Of a stretch of 59,541 bases of DNA, positions 53,419 through 59,541 are shown piece by piece. The stretch spans positions 1-59,541 of the forward strand of contig JASFBB010000034.1 of assembly GCA_036172345.1 (NCBI GenBank), in the 5' to 3' direction. Source of the stretch: Anaerolineae bacterium. Its GTDB lineage: Bacteria > Chloroflexota > Anaerolineae > 4572-78 > NAK82. The notes beneath the pieces were generated by a model. The model made no database searches and was not told the origin of the DNA. It saw only the letters and a list, made by a program, of their open reading frames with translations. The position numbers and the translations under genes are program-made. Every line of letters begins with the position of its first letter. The first letter of the stretch is position 1.

Positions 53419-54629
53419 TCTCCGTGGAAACTGCTATCGAGACCATTTTGCAGCAGGTACGCCCCCTTGAGCCGGTGACGATAAGCTTTGCAGATGCGTT
53501 AGGCTTGGTGTTGAGCGAAGACATCTACACCTCGGAAGCGGTGCCTCCCTTTGCCGCCTCTGCAGTGGATGGCTACGCCGTGATCGCTGCGGATCCATCA
53601 CCTATACGTCGGATTATCGGAACACAACCGGCCGGCTCGATGAGCACACACACTGTCACCCCGGGCAGCGCGGTGCAGGTGATGACCGGTGCGCCGATCC
53701 CTGCCGGCGCCGATGCCGTGGTGATGATAGAATACACCAGCCTAGAAGGAGATGGCTATGTACGTCTCCATATCCAGCCCGCCATAGGCGACAACGTCCG
53801 ACCAATAGGGCAGGATCTAGCCGCCGGTCAGCTGGTACTCCCGCGCGGTACGGTGTTGGGCGCTGCTGAAATTGGCTTATTGGCAACCATCGGCCGAACA
53901 CATATCGCGGTTTATCCACGTCCGCGCGTGGCCGTCCTGTCCACGGGCGACGAGCTGGTAGATCCCCATGAGCAACCTAAGCCTGGACAGATCCGCGATG
54001 CCAACCGCTATAGCTTATTGAGCGCCGTGCGCGAGGCAGGCAGTCAACCGCTCGATTGGGGACGCATCCCCGACCGAGCAGAAGCTGTGCAAGAAGCCTT
54101 AGAGAGCGCGCTGCGCGAGGCAGATGCGGTGCTCACTTCGGGTGGGGTCAGTATGGGCGAGCTGGATCTGATCAAGCCCTACCTGGCCAGACGGGGTACA
54201 CTCCATTTTGGCCGTGTGCGTGCTCGGCCGGGCAAGCCGGTCACTTTTGCCACCGTGGACGGCATCCCCGTGTTCGCCATGCCAGGTTTCCCCGTCAGTG
54301 CACTGGTGAGCTTTGAGGTCTATGTGCGCCCGGCATTGCTCAAAATGGCCGGACACATCCACCTGCATCGCCCGCGTCAACGTGTCATCACTGAGCACAT
54401 CATCCGGCACGAACCCGATCGCACCGAATTCCAACGCGCTGTGGTGACACGCCATTCTGATGGCCGTTACACTGCGCATACCACTGGTTACCAGGGCTCC
54501 GGCCGCCTGCTCTCGATGGTGGGTGCCAATGCACTGCTGGTGCTGCCAGCCGAGCAAGAGACGTTCCCCGCCGGCAGTGAGCTGGAAGCATGGCTCATCG
54601 CCCCTGTGTGCGAAGAGGGAGCTATCTAG
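53415..54629 (+). CDS. moeA: molybdopterin molybdotransferase
   Basis: 'MISVETAIETILQQV', 'PPFAASAVDGYAV', 'VLTSGGVSMGELD'. The ATG overlaps the upstream TGA (ATGA). Confidence 0.92.
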   Translation: MISVETAIETILQQVRPLEPVTISFADALGLVLSEDIYTSEAVPPFAASAVDGYAVIAADPSPIRRIIGTQPAGSMSTHTVTPGSAVQVMTGAPIPAGADAVVMIEYTSLEGDGYVRLHIQPAIGDNVRPIGQDLAAGQLVLPRGTVLGAAEIGLLATIGRTHIAVYPRPRVAVLSTGDELVDPHEQPKPGQIRDANRYSLLSAVREAGSQPLDWGRIPDRAEAVQEALESALREADAVLTSGGVSMGELDLIKPYLARRGTLHFGRVRARPGKPVTFATVDGIPVFAMPGFPVSALVSFEVYVRPALLKMAGHIHLHRPRQRVITEHIIRHEPDRTEFQRAVVTRHSDGRYTAHTTGYQGSGRLLSMVGANALLVLPAEQETFPAGSELEAWLIAPVCEEGAI

Positions 54630-54663
54630 CGGCTAAGGAACACATTATAAAACAGGATGGTTG

Positions 54664-56178
54664 ATGCACTATCTGCTCGGGATTGACGTTGGCACATCCA
54701 ATACCAAGGCCGTGCTGGTTGATGAGACAGGTCACATCCTCGCCAGCGCGACCCATAGCCACCCTACCTTCACCCCTGCGCCGGGATACCAAGAGCAAAA
54801 CGCCGAGGACTGGTGGCGAGGCGTATGCCATACGGTGCGCCGAAGTTTGGAGGAAAGCCGGATCAACCCCGCTCAGATCGCAGGCATCAGCTTCAGTGCC
54901 CAAGGTTGCGCCTGTCAACCTGTGGACGCACAAGGGCAACCGCTCGGCAATGCGCTCATCTGGACGGATACACGTGCCACGGCGCAACAAGCGCGCATCC
55001 GCCAGCTGTTTGGAGAGGAGCTCGGGCACGTAACCGGTAACAACATCTACGACCAGCCAGAGCCACGTATGATGTGGATCCGCGAGCATGAGCCGGAGCG
55101 TTACGCACGCACGTACAAGTTCCTCACCACTCTGAGCTATCTAGTCTATCGTTTCACTGGCAATTTCGTGGCAACGACATCCGATTGGGGCTTTCACCTG
55201 TCCTTTGACCGAGAGAAACGCTCGTGGAACAGTCACTTTGTGCGCACCATCGGCCTCGATGAGGAGAAATTTCCCAGCCTATGCGAGTCACACGCAGTGG
55301 TTGGGCAGGTGGCCAAAGCAGCTGCACAAGACACCGGTCTGCGTGAGGGCACTCCGGTGGTAGCGGGGGCACAGGATTCGGTGGTGGTAGTGCTGGCGGT
55401 AGGTGCTCTTGATGTAGGACAGTCGGTGGTTATGCGTGGCACGACCGAGCTGTTATGCTTCTCCACTGCCGAAGGTGGATATCACCCCGATCTCTACACC
55501 ACATGTTCGGTCATTCCAGAGCTGTTTGTGCGTTACGATATGCGTGAGGTGGTGGCATCCGGCGGCAGCTATCGTTGGCTAGCGACGATGCTCTTCGACG
55601 CGGCACGCGAATCCGAGTTCACCCAGATGAATGAACTAGCCGCTGCTTCCCCGGCGGGATCCCACGGTCTGCTTTATCTTCCCTATCTGCTGATCTCCAC
55701 CAATCCTGACCCCGAGCAACAACGTGCCGGCTGCTATTTCGGCCTCTCCACCACCACAACGCGCGGCGATCTGTGCCGCGCTGTGATGGAGGGCACTGCC
55801 TATGCAATGCGTGAGACGATCACACGTCTGGGGAAGATAGGGATTGCCATCCACGAGCTGCGCCTGACAGGCGGTCCAGCGGAGAGCGCGTTGTGGAACC
55901 AGATCACGGCCGACGTGACCGGCCTGCCGGTCTTAGTGCCGGCAGTGGGCAGCGCGGCAGCTGCCTACGGTGCTGCACTGTTGGCTGGAATGGGTTGTGG
56001 ACTGATTCCGATGGATGATAACTATGCAACTTTGCGCCGCATGATCCAGCTGCGCCAGCGCTATGAGCCGCAACCGACACAAAAGGTGTTATACGACCAC
56101 TTCTATGCGGAATTCTGTCGCTTGACCGCTCAGACACTTGGCATCGTCGCGCGGTTGAGACGGCCAAAGATTGGCTGA
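54664..56178 (+). CDS. FGGY-family carbohydrate kinase (xylulokinase-like)
   Basis: 'YLLGIDVGTSNTKAVLVDE', 'GYQEQNAEDWW', 'RAVMEGTAYAMRE', 'LTGGPAESALWNQITADV'. Confidence 0.88.
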   Translation: MHYLLGIDVGTSNTKAVLVDETGHILASATHSHPTFTPAPGYQEQNAEDWWRGVCHTVRRSLEESRINPAQIAGISFSAQGCACQPVDAQGQPLGNALIWTDTRATAQQARIRQLFGEELGHVTGNNIYDQPEPRMMWIREHEPERYARTYKFLTTLSYLVYRFTGNFVATTSDWGFHLSFDREKRSWNSHFVRTIGLDEEKFPSLCESHAVVGQVAKAAAQDTGLREGTPVVAGAQDSVVVVLAVGALDVGQSVVMRGTTELLCFSTAEGGYHPDLYTTCSVIPELFVRYDMREVVASGGSYRWLATMLFDAARESEFTQMNELAAASPAGSHGLLYLPYLLISTNPDPEQQRAGCYFGLSTTTTRGDLCRAVMEGTAYAMRETITRLGKIGIAIHELRLTGGPAESALWNQITADVTGLPVLVPAVGSAAAAYGAALLAGMGCGLIPMDDNYATLRRMIQLRQRYEPQPTQKVLYDHFYAEFCRLTAQTLGIVARLRRPKIG

Positions 56179-56217
56179 TGGACTACCGGCAATTCGCCCG
56201 GCAAGATGGTATAACCG

Positions 56218-57165
56218 TCAAACAAAAATGCTCAGCGGCAAGTACGCTGATACCATCCAGTTGGGCGTGTCCACGATCTGGCTGATCTTGAGATCCAGCA
56301 CCACGCCGCACAGACAATAAGCCTCCTCGCGCGTCAGGCCGTATTCCTTTGTCATATAATCAATCATATAACGGGTCGCTTGTTGCGCGTTCTTGAAGAG
56401 ATCAGGCCCTGCCGCCGTGGTGACGTAGTAACCTCCCTCATCGACTGTGGTGAGCTTTCTGCCCGGCGGGGTCCGGAAGCGCAACTCGGGAAGGTTGGCT
56501 CCCTTGTGCAGATGGAAACGCAACGTCACCGTGGCGGGCATCTCGATGGCAGTGCCGTTGACCTCACCGTCACCCTGAGCAGCGTGGCAGTCACCGCAAG
56601 AGAACAGGGCACCGGGCACCAGAACCGGCAAGAAGACGTGCGCCCCTGGCGTGAGATGGCGAATATCCAGGTTGCCACCGTTGCGGCGCGGCGGCAGTGT
56701 ACCGAAGCGGCCCGGCTCCGCCGGTGCCACCCCCATTGTGCCGCAGAAGGGCTCATAAGGGATGCGGATGTGCGAGTTGAACCAGCACCAATCTCCTTCC
56801 AAACGGAATAGATGCAGGTACGGTTCCTTAAAGTCCTCTGCCAAGAGGCCGAAATCGGGGATTACTGCCCCCCAACCCCAACCTTTGTGCGCTAAACTGA
56901 TGACCTCCACCTCCAATGCATCGCCCGGCTCAGCACCCTCTATATACACTGGCCCGGTCAACGGCGCGATGGGATCGAAGCTGAGCGTCTTGAGCGCCTC
57001 AACGGTGGACTTGGGGCCAATCTGATTGGCCGAAGCTTCCAGCACTTCGAACACCACCGTATCGCCCGGTTCGATCCTCAGCCGCGGTGGGTGCGCGTTG
57101 TCCCAAAAAGCATGGGGTTGGCTATCATCAAGATGGTAGGTGGCCATAGAGTGCTCGTCCTCCAT
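56218..57165 (-). CDS. acetamidase/formamidase family protein
   Basis: FmdA_AmdA pattern: 'PRLRIEPGDTVVFE', 'LTGPVYIEGAEPGD', 'GGNLDIRHL', 'SCGDCHAAQGDGEV'. The start is either ATG 57165, which overlaps the upstream stop, or ATG 57147, which has GGAGGA 10 nt upstream. Confidence 0.85.
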   Translation of the reverse strand: MEDEHSMATYHLDDSQPHAFWDNAHPPRLRIEPGDTVVFEVLEASANQIGPKSTVEALKTLSFDPIAPLTGPVYIEGAEPGDALEVEVISLAHKGWGWGAVIPDFGLLAEDFKEPYLHLFRLEGDWCWFNSHIRIPYEPFCGTMGVAPAEPGRFGTLPPRRNGGNLDIRHLTPGAHVFLPVLVPGALFSCGDCHAAQGDGEVNGTAIEMPATVTLRFHLHKGANLPELRFRTPPGRKLTTVDEGGYYVTTAAGPDLFKNAQQATRYMIDYMTKEYGLTREEAYCLCGVVLDLKISQIVDTPNWMVSAYLPLSIFV

Positions 57166-58106
57166 TAATGTGCAGTTTCGGAACCGGTGAAATGACGAAT
57201 GCGCGGATCGACGATGCTCTGCACGATGTCGATCAGGATCCCGCTGATCACCACCATAACCGCGGTGAAGATAACCGTGCCCAAGATGAGCGGCACATCT
57301 ACCGTTTCAATGGCTTCCACGGCCATACGTCCCACGCCGGGCCAGTTAAACACACGTTCCACCAGCACCACACCCCCGATGAACCACGGGATATCCATCC
57401 CGGCCATGGTGATAATAGGATTCAGTGCATTGGGCAACACGTGACGCAAGATCACCAACCGCTCGTGTGCCCCTTTGCCGCGCGCCGTGCGTACATAGTC
57501 ATTGGCCAGAACATCGAGCATGCTGGAACGCATCATACGCGCATACCAGGCCGCCCCACCAAGCCCGGCGGCTAAGGCCGGCAACACCAGATGGGCCGGG
57601 CTGGCCGCACCGCCAAGTGGAAAGATGGGGATCAGGTAGCCGAACCAATATAACAAGAGCAACCCCAACCAGAAAGGCGGCGTCGAGACGCCCAACAGAG
57701 CGATGAACATGCCCAGCCGGTCCATCCAACGCCCGCGCCCAACAGCCGAGGCAACGCCCACTGTGAGTCCGATCAACAGCTCGACCAGGATACCAGCTCC
57801 GATGAGCGCCAGCGTGTAAGGCAAGCGACTCAGGATGAGCTCGGTGACGGCGACTTGCTTGCGATAGGAAAAACCCAGATCGCCTTGCAAAAGGTGCGTG
57901 ATATAACGAAAGTACTGTACCCAGAACGGTTGATCGAGCCCCAGCTCGTGGCGAATGCGTTCCACGGTCTCGGCACGAGCGCTCGGCCCGGCATACATAC
58001 GTGCCGGATCTGCGGGCAGGTAATAGATCAGGAAAAATGTGAGCAGGGATATGCCGATCAGCACCGGGATGGCCTGGATTAAACGGCGCGCTAGATAAGC
58101 GCCCAT
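57165..58106 (-). CDS. peptide/nickel-type ABC transporter permease (DppB/OppB-like)
   Basis: 313 aa with the typical N-terminus 'YLARRLIQAIPVLIGISLLTFFLIYYLPADPA'. Confidence 0.9.
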   Translation of the reverse strand: MGAYLARRLIQAIPVLIGISLLTFFLIYYLPADPARMYAGPSARAETVERIRHELGLDQPFWVQYFRYITHLLQGDLGFSYRKQVAVTELILSRLPYTLALIGAGILVELLIGLTVGVASAVGRGRWMDRLGMFIALLGVSTPPFWLGLLLLYWFGYLIPIFPLGGAASPAHLVLPALAAGLGGAAWYARMMRSSMLDVLANDYVRTARGKGAHERLVILRHVLPNALNPIITMAGMDIPWFIGGVVLVERVFNWPGVGRMAVEAIETVDVPLILGTVIFTAVMVVISGILIDIVQSIVDPRIRHFTGSETAH

Positions 58107-58109
58107 CGC

Positions 58110-59084
58110 TCACAGCCTCCCCTTCTGGCTGGGATCCAGCGCATCCCGCAAACCGTCGCCCAGCAGGTTGAAGGCAAAAATGGTGACCATAATCGCCAAA
58201 CCGGGAAAGATCACCAGCCAGGGCGCCGTGCGATAGAACGACTGGCCCTGTTGGATGATACCGCCCCAACTGGGAGTGGGCGGTTGTACACCGATACCCA
58301 GATAGCTCAGGCTGGCTTCCAACATGACATTGGTAGCAATGCCCAGCGTACCCCACACAATGATGGTGGGCACCAACTGAGGCAGGATGTGACGTGTCAG
58401 AGTGTAGCTGCGCGGTGATCCAATCGCCCGCGACGCCACCACAAAGTCGCGCTCACGCAAGGCGACCACCTGACCGTAAATCACCCGCGCAATCCACGTC
58501 CAGTACACCAGCCCGATGACCAGGATGATGATCCACATGCTGGGTTTCAGGATGGCCACCAACGTCATCGCCAGCAATAGGGTGGGAAAGGCCATCATGA
58601 TGTCGGTGAAACGCATTAGGAGTGTTTCCAGTGGGTTGCCAAAAAAGCCGGCCACGGAACCGATGAAGGTACCAATAGCGATGGCCAGTGCATTTGCCAG
58701 CACACCCACTATCAGGCTGACTCTTGCACCATATAGGATGCGGCTGAGAAGGTCACGTCCGTTGGGGTCGGTGCCAAGAGGGAAGCGTAAGCTCCCATCG
58801 ATCACCAACGTGCTTGGCAATGGCTGTCCTCCTTTGGTCAGGCCATCACGATATTGCTTGGTAGGGTCGTGCGGCGACAAAACAGGCGCAAAGATAGCTG
58901 CTAATACAATGAGGCCGATCAACACAGCGCCTAACATCGCGGCGTGGTCACGGCGCAGTCGCCGCCACATCATTGCCAGGTGGCTGTCACCAACAGCGAC
59001 AGTCACAGCGGCGCGCTTGCCAAGCTCTTGCACGGCCGGTTGTGTCGGCTTATGTTCCTGTAACTCTGATGAAGCGACTGCCAA
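58110..59084 (-). CDS. peptide/nickel-type ABC transporter permease (DppC/OppC-like)
   Basis: 324 aa with 'LGTDPNGRDLLSRILYGARVSL'. Confidence 0.9.
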   Translation of the reverse strand: MAVASSELQEHKPTQPAVQELGKRAAVTVAVGDSHLAMMWRRLRRDHAAMLGAVLIGLIVLAAIFAPVLSPHDPTKQYRDGLTKGGQPLPSTLVIDGSLRFPLGTDPNGRDLLSRILYGARVSLIVGVLANALAIAIGTFIGSVAGFFGNPLETLLMRFTDIMMAFPTLLLAMTLVAILKPSMWIIILVIGLVYWTWIARVIYGQVVALRERDFVVASRAIGSPRSYTLTRHILPQLVPTIIVWGTLGIATNVMLEASLSYLGIGVQPPTPSWGGIIQQGQSFYRTAPWLVIFPGLAIMVTIFAFNLLGDGLRDALDPSQKGRL

Positions 59085-59116
59085 GTGCTCCTAAGCCTCC
59101 AGTAATATCTCAGACA

Positions 59117-59156
59117 CCCTCACCCCTCCCACCGAGCGGCAAAAGAGGGGCGAGGG
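59117..59156 (-). promoter_or_regulatory. intercistronic stem-loop between SBP and permease genes of the peptide ABC operon
   Basis: CCCTCACCCCTC (59117-59128) pairs with GAGGGGCGAGGG (59145-59156). On the transcribed minus strand this is a 12-bp stem with one G-U pair and a 16-nt loop. Confidence 0.5.
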
Positions 59157-59212
59157 CGAGTTGTTATAGATAGAGACCCTGAAGCGAGATATATTGCCCG
59201 CTGAGTGTCTGC

Positions 59213-59539
59213 CTACTGCTCCAGCCACATCGTCTCGTACCGCAGCGAATGCTCCGGATGGGTGAGTGTTGCCTCCCCGCGCAGTTTCTCGGAGTGCGCC
59301 ACAGTATAAACACCGTTGAATACCGGCACCCAGACAGCGTCATCCATCAGCGCCCGGAACAGCTCCCTGTATCCCTGCATACGCTTTTCGTGGTCGGTAA
59401 CGGTTAGCAGCTCCAGCGCTTTGGCGTGCAGTTCTTTGTTGCAGTAGCGCGACCAGTTCCAGCCACCGGGCACATTGGAGTCACAGCCCAAGATGGGGCC
59501 ATAAAAGTCATCCGGATCCGGATAGTCCTGGATCCAAGC
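59213..59539 (-). CDS. ABC transporter substrate-binding protein, family 5 (C-terminal part; 5' end outside window)
   Basis: The frame stays open to the window end. The C-terminal pattern 'NWSRYCNKELHAKALELL...VWVPVFNGVYTVAHSEKLRG' is typical of SBP_bac_5. Confidence 0.78.
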   Translation of the reverse strand, partial: AWIQDYPDPDDFYGPILGCDSNVPGGWNWSRYCNKELHAKALELLTVTDHEKRMQGYRELFRALMDDAVWVPVFNGVYTVAHSEKLRGEATLTHPEHSLRYETMWLEQ

Positions 59540-59541
59540 TA

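Noticed and set aside
57499-58356. 285-aa alternative-frame ORF spanning the junction of the two peptide permeases
   Set aside because: It crosses a gene boundary and is Arg/Gly/Pro-rich. The two permease frames have canonical family N-termini.
1-59541. Looked for integrases, transposases, phage genes, tRNA/rRNA genes, CRISPR arrays, toxin-antitoxin pairs and restriction-modification genes
   Set aside because: None was recognisable in any of the six frames or in the intergenic DNA. The window looks like core chromosome with catabolic islands rather than a mobile element.

Overview
Moderately GC-rich bacterial chromosomal segment with about 52 protein-coding genes. I recognised no rRNA, tRNA, CRISPR array, transposase or integrase. 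Many signal-peptide, lipobox and Thr/Pro-linker envelope proteins plus the overall gene content suggest a Chloroflexota-like monoderm; this is inference only. Layout by region: (1) 1-7.4 kb is a polyol/glycerone block: MalK-type ATPase, dhaK, dhaL, two Zn-ADHs, araD and a decayed FGGY kinase. (2) 7.4-11.3 kb is a tightly coupled operon of two paralogous B12-binding radical-SAM enzymes flanking an LprG/LolA-like lipoprotein. (3) 11.5-16.4 kb is housekeeping: fmt, murI, plsC, a LysM lipoprotein, and lexA with a textbook Cheo-type SOS box inside its promoter. (4) 16.6-21.3 kb holds an AI-2E transporter, an SDR, a UxaA-type dehydratase and a ConA-like protein. (5) 21.4-25.2 kb is a self-contained nurA / orphan 195-aa gene / herA module; I consider this the best candidate for an undescribed system. 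It is followed by a C-N hydrolase that lacks its catalytic Cys and sits behind a second SOS-like box. (6) 26.1-33.0 kb is an array of five envelope proteins. (7) 33.1-39.9 kb holds glpK, a non-Pyl MttB-family methyltransferase, a PLP gamma-family enzyme, trmFO and rodZ. (8) 40.1-49.9 kb is a nine-gene co-directional cluster from one strong promoter: sugar ABC transporter, FGGY kinase, TPP-dependent E1 alpha/beta, a split E2 (free lipoyl protein plus catalytic domain, no PSBD, no E3) and a SorC regulator. (9) 50.1-59.5 kb holds an aldo-keto reductase, a PPi-type phosphofructokinase, an N-domain-only ModE coupled to moeA, another FGGY kinase, a formamidase and a peptide ABC transporter. All calls rest on motif reading of the supplied translations and manual inspection of intergenic DNA. 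No database search was possible.
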